From the NCBI RefSeq assembly GCF_044704955.1, contig NC_091981.1, positions 177,940,001-178,004,000 of the forward strand: a stretch of 64,000 nt of DNA, written 5' to 3'. The translations under genes were made by a program, and so were the position numbers. Below the pieces are notes generated by a model. It saw only the letters and a program-made list of their open reading frames with translations. It was not told where the DNA came from and made no database searches. This stretch comes from Pristiophorus japonicus. Its lineage: Eukaryota. Below, piece after piece: positions 39,395 to 52,800 of the stretch (the stretch's first letter is position 1; each line of letters begins with the position of its first letter).

Positions 39395-42300
39395 GAAAAA
39401 GTTAGAGATTTAACAAGTTTTTAAGCAAGTGTAGAGGCAGGGAAAGGGGGGAGGGGAGGAAAGAACAAAAGGGAAGCTCTGTGATTGGGTGGGAGGTAGA
39501 AGAGACTAAGAGACAAAAGGGATAATGGTGCAAAGCAAAAGGAGATGGTAATGGGACAAATTAAGGAACAAAAGATGACTAGATAGGGTTTAAATGGAAA
39601 TGACAGAATCATCAACAGCTGCCATAGGAAAGAGAAAAAACATAATTTTAAAAAAAATAGGGCCAGGGGTTACGGTCTGAAATTGTTGAACTCAATGTTG
39701 AGTCTAAAATATCTCTGATTTTAAGGTTGGAGCTAAAATTTTTCACGATAAAAATAATGGCCGTTCTGCACATGCACAAAAAAAGGGGGGAAAATCGTCC
39801 GTTTTTCATGTGACAGGTGTGCCCACGCATGTGCACTACACTTTCTGGTCTGGATCAGCCATTTTTAAAGACCATTGTAACTTGGAGGAGGTTTCTGAAT
39901 ACTTCCACACAGGAGCTCCAAAACAAAAAATGGAGTGCGAATTGGAAAGGAAAAGGGCCAGGAAGTTCACCCAAGATGCCAATGATGCCCTGGTAGCCAC
40001 TGTGGAAAGTGGATGGCAACAGATTGGCAAGAAAGGTGCTGGTAAACTGAAACCTGCAGCAATAGCTCAATCTTGGGAGCATGTTGCAGAGCAGGTTTCG
40101 TCAATGGGGTCCATCCAGAGGGATGGCAAGCAATGCCGGAAGAAATGGCAGAACTTTTGCCAAGTAGTTAGAGTAAGTAATATTTTTATTTATGCACTAC
40201 CATTACTTGAATTGTAAATGTGATTATCTGTGTGTGCCATGACAGCAGAAGTCCCCTCTTGTTGTGTACATGTAAATAACTGACAAACTGAGCCAGGAGT
40301 AAAGTAACTTAACTTAATTGTGCTTTTATACAACCCAAAATGGAGTCCCAAACCAGCATGAACCAGCATGAGTACAGCAACTGTAAATAGCTCCCGCAGG
40401 TTCCTAATGCCCGTCCAGTGTGCTGTAACAAATAAATAGAGTATGAACAGAACATATTTCCCCCCTTTTTAAAACCACAGTCTATGTACAGACAAAGTCC
40501 TTGAGATAGCCAGGTTGTGTTCTGAAACGCTGAGACCGGTGTGGAGCTTGCGGTGTTTGCTCTAGGTTTTGGTTGGGAAACAGAACGGAGCCTCTGTTCC
40601 ATCTGCTGGTCTCTTCATGCTAGGTTTGGCTGGGGGTTTGAGAATGTCCAGTAGCCAGCGAAGATTCTGCCCAATCATGAGCTCAGCGGGTGTCTTCCCC
40701 GTTACCGAGTGCTTTGTCGAATGGTAAGTGCGGAGAATGGTTTGAACCGCTTCGTCGAATGTTTGGCCTGCTGCGAGGTTGGCTTTCAAACCCACTTTGA
40801 TGACGCAATTAAAATGCTCAACACTTCCGTTGCTTTGAGGATTGTACCGAGCAGTAAAGCGATGCTCGAAAGTATGACGAATGAGGAAATCCGCGAACTG
40901 GTTGAACACAAACTGTGGTCCATTGTCAGTGATGATGACCTCTGGGAGGCCCCACTTCATGAACATACACTGCAGAATAGTGACGTTCGTTGATGAGGTC
41001 ACTGAACTTGTAGCGATTTCTGGCCATTTGGAATGCAGGTCATGTACTACAACAAGGAAACGCTGGTGTTGTGGAGCTGCTTCAACTGGACCGAAGATAT
41101 CCAACTGAAGTTGTTGCCATGGTCTTTGTGGCCATGGAATGGGCTTCATTGACACTAATCGGATGTTTGTGGCCTTTTCGCTCAGATTGCATGCTTCACA
41201 GTGTGAGAGGAACTCCTCAATGTGAGTGTCAAACCCAGGCCACCATATTGAATCGCGATATCTCTGCTTCATGCGGACAATGCCAGGGTGTCCATCGTGT
41301 GCCAATGAGAGAACGCGCTGTTGAAGTGACTTGGGAATTACTGCTCTATCACCACGAGCTAGGCAGCCATCGTTCCAAACGGAAAATTAATCGCGAAGTT
41401 TGTGAAACGTTTTCAGCTCTTCTGGAATTTGCTTAGGCCACTCAGTCTGGAGGAAGTGGCTCACGTGTTGGATCGTAGCATCACCTATGATTTGGTTTTG
41501 AGTTTGTTGCAGGAGACAAGGTTTCTGATGGACTGAGTGATGATCGATGTGACATATGTGTTGTCATCTGTGAACAAGTCAGCACCAGAGTCCGAAACAG
41601 GTGTCGAGCGGCTGAGCATGTCAGCTACGCGGTTGCAACTGCCAGCGATGTACTGTACATCAAAGTTATACTGATGAAGGTGATCTGACCATCGGCTGAT
41701 TCGTAGTGGTCTGTGCCCAGATCCAGTTCTACCGAGTAGCGTAGTTAGCGCTTGGTGATCCATACGGAGGATAAATTTCCTGCCATAGAGGTAGATGTGC
41801 CAGCGTTCACATGCATAGAGGCAAGTGAGAAGCTTTGTGTTCCCCTGTAGAGTATTTACGTTCTGCAGACGAGAGCGGGCGAGAGGCGAAGGCGACTGGG
41901 TGTTCCAGGCCATCAATCCATTGCGAGAGCACAGCACCCATGGCGGTGCCTGATGCATCCGTAGTGGCGTACTTAGTGGCATTCGGATCAAAGAGTGCGA
42001 GGATAGGAGGGCATGTGATTTTCTCCTTAAGCGTGTTGAATGCCTGAGCCTGGGAATCTGTCCATTCCTTGCGCAGCAACTTGCGAAGTGGTTCGGCAAT
42101 GTGCGCGTAGTGCGGGACAAACTTCAGATAGAAGTTGCAAGTGCCGAGGAATGATGAAAGTTCTTTGACGTTGGATGCCTCCTTCATTCGCTGGATTTCG
42201 TCAATGTTGTCAAGCGTTCCCTTGTGCTGTGACTCTGTAGCCCAGAAAGTTTATTTCTCCAGCAGCGAATGTACACTTATCGGCATTAAGTGTAATGTTA

Positions 42301-42428
42301 TGTATAGCAAGTCTAGCCATAACTGCGTGAAATCGCTGGTCATGTTCTTCCATTGTCCATCCATGGATGACGATATCATCAAGCAGATTGAGGGCTCCCT
42401 CTATGCCTGCTAGCATAGTAGTGACAAT

Positions 42429-43117
42429 AAGAACATAAGAAATAGGAACAGGAGTAGGCCATACAGCCCCTCGAGCCTGCTCCGCCATTCAATAAGATCA
42501 TGGCTGATCTGATCATGGACTCAGCTCCACTTCCCCACCTGCTTCCCATAACCCCTTATCGTTTAATAAACTGTCTATTTCTGCTATAAATTTATTCAAT
42601 GTCCCAGCTTCCACAGCTCTCTGAGGCAGCGAATTCCACAGATTTACAACCCTCAGAGAGAAGAAATGGGCTGCACCTTATTCTAAGATTATGCCCTCTA
42701 GTTCTAGTCTCCCCCATCAGTGGAAACATCCTCTCTGCATCCACCCTGTTAAGCCCCCTCATAATCTTATACGTTTCGATAAGATCACCTCTCATTCTTC
42801 TGAATTCCAATGAGTAGAGGCCCAACTTACTCAAGCTTTCCTCATAAGTCAATCCCCTCATCCCCGGAATCAACCACTTCTCTGAACTGCCTCCAAAGCA
42901 AGTATATCCTTTCGTAAATATGGAAACCAAAACTGCACGCAGTATTCCAGGTGTGGCCTCACCAATACCTTATATAGCTGTAGCAAGATTTCCCTGCTTT
43001 TATACTCCATCCCCTTTGCAATAAAGGCCAAGCTATCATTGGCTTTCCTGATCACTTGCTGTACCTGCATACTATCCTTTTGTGTTTCATGCACAAGTAC
43101 CCCCAGGTCCGCTGTAC
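42429..43117 (-). mobile_element. CR1 3' fragment inserted in the RT of Gypsy 1
   Basis: Removing it restores FQKIVTTMLAG; 2-bp AT overlap at the junctions. Confidence 0.9.
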
Positions 43118-45489
43118 ATCTTCTGAAATGGTGCAGAAGATAGTCCGTAGGACATGCGCGATATTGATACAGACCATCATGCTTCGTGAATGCCATGAGC
43201 GGTTTGCTGTCCTCCGCTAGGGGTATTTGCAGGTAACTGTGGCGCATGCTGAATTTCGTAAAGACTACTGAGCCATAGAATTCTGAAGACAGTTCGTTGA
43301 TGGTAGGAAGCGGATACTTGCCGGGGATGATGGTCTTGTTGACCTCTTTCAGGTCGATGCATAGACGGATCTCCCCATTTTTACGCCAAGCAATGACTAA
43401 GTTCAAGATCCAGGGTGAGGAGTCGATGCTCTCAATAATTCCCTGCGTTCGAGTCGCGTTAATTCTGCGGATACTTGATTGTGAACCGCGAATCGGAATC
43501 GGCAAAGTCATTGCGTAACCGGTTTGACGGAAAGGTCAGTGTGGGGACGATGGCAGAATTTTGTTGTCACTCTAAACCCTGTGAAGATTGAGGGATACTG
43601 TTTATCAAAGTGCACCGTGTACACAGGTGTTGTAAACTTTGAATCCAAGCTTGTTAAAAAGGTCAACACCCATGAGGCTTCGTCCCTTCGTGACATAAAA
43701 GGAAAAGTTCTCCAATGTTATGTCCTTGTAGTATATCGGGACAGATATGACCACCAGTACCTCAATTTTGGAGTCGGAGTACGCATGTAGAACGGAAGTT
43801 GCGGGCTGCAGTTGATAGTGCGTAAAATGGGTTTTGTACACAGCCTCGCTCAATATGGAGACTTTGGCTCCAAGGTCAATGAGGAGGCAGCAGGATGTGC
43901 CGTCAATGTTTACCTCACAATCCTTCAATTTGCCCGAACCGATGTGCGAAATGTCACTAACGGTGTAAACCATACTGGGTTCATCACTATCAGGGTTGTC
44001 TACATGTCGAATATGCTGCGATGAGCGACAGACACTAGCAAAATGGTTCATTTTACCACATGCAGAGCATTTCTTCCCACGTGCAGGGCAGTTAGGACTC
44101 TTTGCTGAATGTGATTTGTCCCCACAGTTAAAGCAGTGGACATTAGCCCCGCGATCCGTAGTGGGTGGCATAGTCTAGCCCTGGGTCTCTGCTGTGATTT
44201 CCGCTTTGGATGAACGCCTTGCACATGGGCTGTAGCTGCAGTCTGCTACACAGGGGGAGCAGGGGATCTGATCGCTTTTGAATCGGAGAGCACTGATTCG
44301 ATTTGGATGGCCAAATTAGGGGTCTAATGTCAATTTATCATTCTCCATTAGCAAGCATTCTGAATGCAAGGGATCGTTGTTTTCTCAATCATTTCCTCTG
44401 TATGTGCTCCAAAGTTACACATAGCAGCCAGTTCAGTTAATGAAATGATGTACTGTTTGATTGGTTCACCATTCCCTTGCGCACTTTGACGAAATTGGTA
44501 TTTCTCCATCATGGTACTTTTCTTTGGTCCAAAATAGTTCTCTAGGGCGCTTACCGTTTTGTCATGGGACTCTGTGTCTTCGATTTGGCCAAAGGCAGTG
44601 GATAAATATTGCACGGCAGCGAGCTGTTGTTTCGTTGTCGCCATCTAACCCACTCGCCGTGATTTAGGTAGAAAAACTTTTTATTCATCTCGGCCACCGA
44701 ATTGGAGGGTCCCTGGGTGTGGAGAGGAAAGCCGGGGAGTGTAGGGAGGTTAATTTGATTCATCCTTGTTGCCAAATTATATTGTGTATGCGTAAATAAC
44801 TGACAAACTGAGCCAGGAGTAAAGTAACTTAACTTAACTGTACTTTTATACAACCCAAAATGGAGTCCCAAACCAACATGAACCAGCATGAGTACAGCAA
44901 CTGTGAATAGCTCCCGCAGAGTCCTAATGCCCATCTGTAAAGTCTCTTATATTCTTAGCAGTTGACGAGACTCGAGTCCGGTGGTAGTATCCAGGCAAAC
45001 TTTGTTGGCTCAGTTACATTCAGTTACATCTTGCAGTTACTAAGAATAAAGTGCACTCTACCGCGTGTTACAGCTTCAGTTATAGTCGTGAACGTGGGGT
45101 CTTCCCATTCCTGATTGGCCCCCCTGCTGTTACTGGGGTCAGTTTGTCGACTCCGGACTGGCCGCTGGTTATGACCCAGCTGTCCATTGCAGATAGCAAT
45201 CGCCTTGGTCATGATGTGATTACCACATCATGCCCCTTCCTCCTGCTGTTCATTGTTTCGCAGCATGTTCCTGTTATCTGGTCGGAACAGTCGCTTAACC
45301 CTGTGACTGTGCAACCACGCTGCAACCTTTTCCATTGTTAGTGAGCACATACACAGCACACAGTTACTCTATAATTATAAATTAATCAAGTCCCAGTTAA
45401 TTAGGTCCCACAATAGTTAATCAGGTCCCACAATCCCCCCTTTGATTCCCTCCTTAGCCTGAATCATAACGCCCCGATTATATATATAT

Positions 45490-46782
45490 CTACTTCTTAA
45501 GGTGCAGAAGTGGGTGGCGAAAGCTCCCTTCCACATTCCTTATTCCGGGGTTAGTCGTTATTGTCATACGCATAGCCAAACATCTAATCAAAGCAAACAA
45601 ACAGTATAATGCTACTATTACAGCAAATACAAATATAATTCCTTGTATCAATGAGCTGCCCACGGAGCCTAGCCATCCTGTGGCCCAGCCCCACAGTGTG
45701 GTAGCTGAGGGTTGTTTCAGCTGTTCTATTTCCTTTTAAATGTGGTCTGCTAGCTTGGTGATATCCTCGTAACTATCCGGGATTTACGTGCAACATTCGG
45801 TGCCGATCAGGGCACATGTCCCCCCCCTCCCCCTCTCCACCAGGATAAAGTCAAAGGCCATTCGGTTTTGTAAGGCCACTGTGCGAATGGCCACCATTTC
45901 GGCGTTTATTTTAAGTAGGGCTCCCGCAGTGTCATTAGCCACCTTTTCACCTTTTCCAGGACGGATGCCATGTTAATGGACTCCCTTGCTAATTTACCAG
46001 TTCCAAGGAACCAGAAAGGCGAAGAACCTTTCAGTCTCCGTAATCGCCCGTTTACTCTTTTGTGGAGAAAACAACCCTGGAAGGGAAGTGAAGTGGCGAA
46101 TGTAGGGTATCACATAACCTAAATAACAAGATCCTGTCCAGTTCTGTGGCAGCCAAGAATAAGCCCTGTGGCCGCAAATAAAGTAGGTACCGTTGTATGG
46201 GGAATATCGGCCACTTCCTATCACTACCCATCCTTGTGTAAAGTTCTGGCCCGGGGTGGTCTTATTCGGGAAATGCAGGAAGCTCTGCATGCTTCCTTTC
46301 GTCACATTCACATTTTGCCTACACGTACTATTCCCCATTCCCTGCCCTCCGGTTTGGTTTCTGATCAGACATACCGACCCTTGTGGCCTTCCTATCCCTG
46401 AGGTATTAGTGAGGACCAAGAACGGGGGCTTTAGGGTCTGGTTATAATTGGGCTGATACCACTCCAAAAAGGTGTTTAACCCATAACCCGCCGACCGCCA
46501 TTCGGCCTGTGGTAATTCTACATCTTCCCCCAGACTATTGGTCCTATTCCCGTTTGTACGGTTCTGGTTAAAAAACCATTCCGCCATCTCAGATTCATTG
46601 AGGGGTACTGGTCTCAAAGGGATTCCTCCCTTTGAATGGATCGGTACCTGTGCACATACCCAACAACTGGAGATGTTGGCTTCCTTAGCATAGCTATATG
46701 ACATGTACATAAAAGTATTTACATGTAGCTCCATGTTACACAGGGGTCGGGTCAGACCCATGAGTACAATCAGTCCAAACAT
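45490..46782 (-). pseudogene. env: ERV envelope, gamma-type, disrupted in TM
   Basis: Hydrophobic N-terminus, CWVC, KSKR furin site, ISD-like LQNRMAFD, CALIGTECC (CX6CC), TM anchor; 8-bp duplication and stops. Confidence 0.9.
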
Positions 46783-46809
46783 TTTGTTGAGTTCAAAAGT
46801 TCAGTTCTT

Positions 46810-49800
46810 TTAGTCTGTTTCCGATACAGGTGCCCGTTTAACGTGCGAGGCGTGGATCCAAGCCTTCTTCCCTTGAATTTTAACCGCTGATCGGGTCGTC
46901 AGTAATACTTGGTACGGTCCTTCCCACTTGGCTCCCAGCGGTTCTTTGTGTATTTTCTTTACGTATACCCAAACTCCTCGGACAATATCGTGTCCTCCCT
47001 CCGGGGGTTCCCCCCAAGTTGCTTTGACCTATTGGGAAGCAGAACTGATAGCATTTGTTAAATTCTGGCAATATTCCAACAATGTGTCACTCATCAGGTG
47101 ACAGTCTGCTTTTCGCAGATCGATGGTCCCCGGGAGAGACATTGGTCTTCCGGTGATCACCTCAAAAGGGCTTAAGCCCGTTGTTCGGTTTGGGGTGGCC
47201 CTGATATTACACAAGACCATTGGGAGTGCTTGAGGCCACGGGATCCCCTCTTGGTGGTACTTGGCTAGTCGTTGTTTCAAAGTTCGATTCATACGCTGCA
47301 CTTGGCCTAATGACTGTGGGTGATCAGGGCAATGTAGATTCCAGGTGATGCTGAGCAATCTGCAGACCTCTCGGCACACGGCTCCAGTAAAATGGGTCCC
47401 TGATCAGAGTCAATACTTGCGGGGACTCCCCATCTAGGTATATAGTCTTTACACAGCACCTTAGCCGTGTGCACAGCGGTGCTCCTTCGGGTGGGTACGG
47501 CTTCCACCCACCTAGAGAATCGATCCATAATCATAAAGACGTCCGAATATCCCTGACATGGGGGCAATGAGATGTAATCTACTTGTAAATCTCGGAAAGG
47601 CCCTGCCGGGGCCGGAGAAGGGGCATTGTAGTGGAGGGTCCGGTGTTATTTTTCTGGCAAGTGACGCACCTGTCCACCGTGGCTTGAGCGTGTTTCCTAA
47701 AACCCCAGCCCCACCAGCTTTTCTGGAACTGAGCCGTCATTTGTTGGGGGGCTAAGTGCCCCCAGGAATGTATTTGATGGACCAAAAAGGGCATTAGCAC
47801 TTGTGGTGCCACTGGTTTTCCTGTCTCGGGCTGCCTCCACATTCCATCCGCCCATAGCTTTATCCCTTCACTTATCCATTCCCATTTTTCCGTCTGGAGA
47901 CATTCCTCCTGCATTTTTGCCAGATCCTGTGTCAGCGTTCGGGTCCCCAGTTGACATACAAGGATGCCCTTCTCTGGTTCCATTAAGGCGGCTTCCTTAG
48001 CTGCCTGGTCAGCCTGTGCGTTTCCTTTAGTCTCATCTGTATTCTCCTTCATATGGGCCTTGCATTTCAGGGTAGATACCTCCTCTGGCAACAATAATGC
48101 TTCAAGTAGGTCGTGGACTTCCGCCCCATTCCGTATTGGGGTTCCCACTGCAGTCAAGAATCCTCTCTTCCGCCATAACTGGCCGGAAATCATGTGCCAC
48201 CTCAAAAGCGTATTTGGAATCTGTGTATATATTAGTTGTTTGTTCCTCGGCTACCCTGCAGGCTTCGGCCAGCACTCTCAATTTGGCCTGCTGAGCGGAG
48301 ATTCCGGCAGGGAGCACCCCCTTCCTTACTACCTCGTGCAGCGTCGTGACTGCCCAGCCCGCCTTCCATGCTACACAGACGAGGATCCGTCCGTAAATAG
48401 GATCAAGTCCAGATTGGGTAACGGCTCTTCGGCTGTCGCAGCGGTTCCTTCTGCTTCTTCTAACATGCCCGCACAGTCGTGCTGGTCTTCATACCCTTCT
48501 TCAGGCAGGGGAAGCATGGTGGCCGGATTAACCGGGCTAGCTCATACAATTTGCAGGTTTAGAGCTTCCAGGACTGTTGTCCATCTGGCTGAGGTCATCT
48601 GGGTGACCCGGTTCATGGCTAGCATAGCATGTACTGTATGGGGACACTTGATGATCAGTTTCTGGTCTAAGGCTAATCCCGCCGTTACCATTACTGCTCG
48701 GCATAGCCCTCAGGCAACTTCCCCATCCGAGAACCACTGTGTCCAGTTTGGCAGAGTAGTATCCGATGGGCCTCTGTTGGTCAGGAAAGCAGTCATGTAT
48801 CTTCTTTCTCATGCACAAATAGGATGAAGGGCTTCCTGGTGTCTGGGATCCCTAGGGCGGGTGCCGTGCACAGGGCCTGTTTCAGTTTTTCAAACGCCTC
48901 CTTTTGCTCCTCAGCCAGGGTGATAGCTTCTTTTGAGGTCCGTTTTCCTTTTAGCAGGTCATTCAATGGTTGTAGCAAGTGTGTAGGAGTCCACCCAGTT
49001 CCTATTAAAATTGCACAGACCCAAGGAGGATCGAAGTTCCTGGATCGTGGCGGGCTGTTTAGCCGTGCTAATAGCCTCGGTCCTATCCTGGGTCAGTTCC
49101 CGCTCTCCCATTGAGATCTTTTGTCCTAGGTAAATCACTTCTTCCTGGGTGATCTGGGCCTTGGCCATACTGGCCTTGTATCCCTTTTCGACGAGGTCAG
49201 CACGTCTTGTTCATGCTGTTCTTCCGTGGTGGACGCCAGTAGGCTATCATCGACATATTGTATCACCGTATATCCCATCGGGGGTAGCTCCCTTAAGTGA
49301 CTCTGCAGGGCCATGTGGAACAGTGTTGGGCTGTTGTGGAACCCTTGAGGTAGACGGGTCCAGGTGTATTGCTGTCCCTGGATGGTAAAGGCAAACCACG
49401 GCTGCACCTCCAGGGCCAGCGGAATTGCCCAGAATCCATTGGCCATATCAATAACGGTGAAGAACTTGTCTTCCGGCGTCAGAGCCTGAAATATAGTGGA
49501 GGGGTCTATTGTGTTCCGAACACAGATGAGGCTGCACACAGGGAGGTTAAAGTAACAGTGACCTCAGTCTTTAATAAGACACTCCAGAGTGAGGAACAGG
49601 CCTTAGGGGCCGGCTTATATACAGTGCTCCCAAGGGATGCTGGGATCCCTTGGGACTTCAGGGGATGAGCTCCCTGGTAGCGGAACATGGGAGTGCATGC
49701 TTTACAGATACACAACATCACTCCCCCTCAAAGTCAAAGTGAAAACTATTTACAAGGTGAGGCGGTCGGGAGCCTTTCTTTCCCTGGTGGACCGCCTTGG

Positions 49801-52800
49801 TACAAATGTCTGTTCTGGTGTGTTGGCTGTGCCCTCGCTGGGCTGGCATGTTGTTGGCCCTGCAGTGCTGCTGGGTGAGCCTGACCTTGTTGGGCTGTTG
49901 GGCGTGATGGGTTTGATTTCCTGGTCCGGTGTGGTGGCATTGATCCTTTGGGTGTGTGTTGTGGGCTCGAAAAAGGTGGTGTCTGCTGTGGATTGTTCAG
50001 GACAGTCTGTGAACCGCAGCCTCGTTTGGTCCAGGTGCTTTCTGCAAATTTGTCCATTGTCTAGTTTGACTACAAACACCCTACTCCCTTCTTTAGCTAT
50101 CACAGTGCCCGCGATCCACTTGGGACCATCTCCATAGTTTAGCACATACACAGGGTCATTCAGATCAATTTCCCGTGACACAATGGCGTGACCATCGTTT
50201 ACATTTTGTTGCTGCCGCCTGCTCCCTACCTGATCATGCAGGTTGGGGTGAACCAGCGAGAGTCTGGTTTTAAGTGTCCTTTTCATGAGTAGCTCAGCTG
50301 GGCGCACCCCTGTGAGCGAGTGGGGTCTCGTGCGGTAGCTGAGCAGTACTCGGGACAGGCGGGTTTGGAGTGAGCCTTCTGTGACTCGTTTAAGGCTCTG
50401 TTTGATGGTTTGTACTGCCCGCTCTGCCTGTCCATTGGAGGCTGGTTCAAACGGGGCTGAGGTGACATGTTTGATCCCATTGCAGGTCATGAATTCTTTA
50501 AATTCGGCATTGGTGAAACATGGCCCGTTGTCACTGACCAGTATGTCAGGTAGACCGTGGGTGGCAAATATGGCCCTCAGGCCATGGTGGTGGTGGCGGT
50601 GCTTCCCAACATTATTTCACATTCAATCCATTTTGAAAAAGCATCCACCACCACCAGGAACATTTTACCGAGAAACGGGCCCGCATAGTCGACATGGATC
50701 CTCGACCATGGTCTGGAGGGCTAGGACCACAAACTTAGTGGTGCCTCTCTGGGCGCGTTGCTCAGCTGAGCACATACGCTGCATTGCCGTACACAGGACT
50801 CTAAGTCAGAATCGATACAAGGGCCACCATATGTGGAATCTGGCTATCGCTTTCATCATTACTATACCTGGGTGTGTGCTGTGGAGATCCGAGATGAACG
50901 TCTCCCTGCCCTTTTTGGGTAGCACTACGCGGTTACCCCACAACAGGCAGCCTGCCTGAATGGACAGCTCATCCTTTCGCCGCTGGAACGGCTTGATTGG
51001 CTCTTGCATTTCAACGGGGATGCTGGCCCAGCTCCCATGCAGTACACAGTTTTTTATTAGGGACAGCAGAGGATCTTGGCTGGTCCAAGTCCTAATCTGG
51101 CGGGCCGTGACAGGTGATTTATAATTTTCAAACGCTTCCATGATCATCAATAAGTCTGCGGGCTGTGCCACCATCAACAAGTTTGCAGCCTGCGCTATTT
51201 CCACCCCCGTGGTGGGCAATGGTAGCCGACTGAGAGCATCCGCACAGTTCTCGGTGCCTGGCCTGTGGCGGATGGTATAGTTATACGCTGATAGCGCAAG
51301 TGCCCACCTTTGTATGCGGGCTGAGGCATTAGTATTTATCCCCTTGTTTTCAGCGAACAGGGATGTGAGTGGCTTGTGATCGGTTTCCAGCTCAAATTTG
51401 AGGCCAAACAAGTACTGATGCATTTTCTTTACCCCGAACACACAAGCTAATGCCTCTTTCTCAATCATGCTGTAGGCCCTCTCGGCCTTAGACAAGCCGC
51501 TGGAAGCATAGGCGACAGGTTGCAACTTCCCCGCAACGTTAGTTTGTTGTAATATACACCCGACTCCGTACGACGACGCATCACATGCTAGCACAAGTCT
51601 TTTACACGGGTTATACAATACAAGCAGCTTGTTGGAGCATAAAATGTTTCTGGCTTTTTCAAAAGCAATTACTTGCTTTTTTCCTCATACCCAGTTCTCA
51701 CCTTTGCGCAATAACACATGTAGGGGCTCTAAAAGGTTGCTTAACCCCGGTAGGAAGTTACCAAAATAGTTGAGGAGTCCCAGGAACGACCGCAGCTCCA
51801 TAACGTTTTGTGGCCTGGGCACGTTCCTGATAGCCTCTGTCTTGGCATCTGTGGGCCGAATGCCGTCCGTCGCGATCTTTCTCCCCAAAAACTCCACTTC
51901 TGTTGCCATGAAGACGCAATTCAACCTCTTCAGCCGCAGCCCTACGTGATCCAGTCGCTGGAGAACCTCCTCCAGGTTTTGTAGGTACTCGACGGTGTCC
52001 CGACCAGTGACCAATATGTCGTCCTGAAAGACCACCGTGTGTGGTACCGACTTGAGTAGGCTCTCAATGTTTCTCTGGAAGATCGCTGCAGCTGACCGAA
52101 TTCCAAACGGGCATCTGTTGTAGATGAACAGTCCCTTGTACGTGTTGATGCAGGTGAGGCCCTTCAAGGACTCCTCCAGCTCCTGCGTCATGTAGGCCGA
52201 AGTCAGGTCGAGCTTGGTGAACATCTTGCCTCCTGCCAGCGTCGCAAATAGGTCGTCTTCCTTAGGTAGCGGGTATTGGTCCTGTAGTGAGAAACGATTA
52301 ATAGTTACTTTATAATTGCCGCAAATCCTGACCGTGCCATCACTTTTGAGTACTGGAACAATCGGGCTGGCTGGCCTACTCGCTGAATTCCACTGGGGAG
52401 ATGATGCCCTCACGTTGCAGCCTGTCCAGCTCGATTTCAACTCTCTCCCTCATCATGTGAGGTACCGCTCGCGCCTTGTGGTGAATGGGTCGTGCCTCTG
52501 GGACCAAGTGGATCCGCACCTTCACCCCGGAAAAGTTTCCAATGCCTGGCTCAAAAAGGGAAGGAAATTTGTTAAGAACTTGAGTACATGAGGCCTCATC
52601 GACATGTGATAGCGCTCGGATGTCATCCCAGTTCCAGCAGATTTTGCCCAGCCAGCTCCTTCCAAGCCCGGGACAATCCAGAGTGGCAATTTGTGCACCG
52701 TGCCCTCGTAGGTGACCTTGACAATGGCGCTGCCCAGGACAGTGATAAGCTCTTTGGTGTACGTTCTCAGTTTCATGTGGATGGAGCTCAGGGCTGGTCT

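Noticed and set aside
45994-46782. Domesticated syncytin-like env
   Set aside because: The SU frame is open, but TM has a frameshift, an 8-bp duplication and stops, and the gene lies in a decayed provirus.
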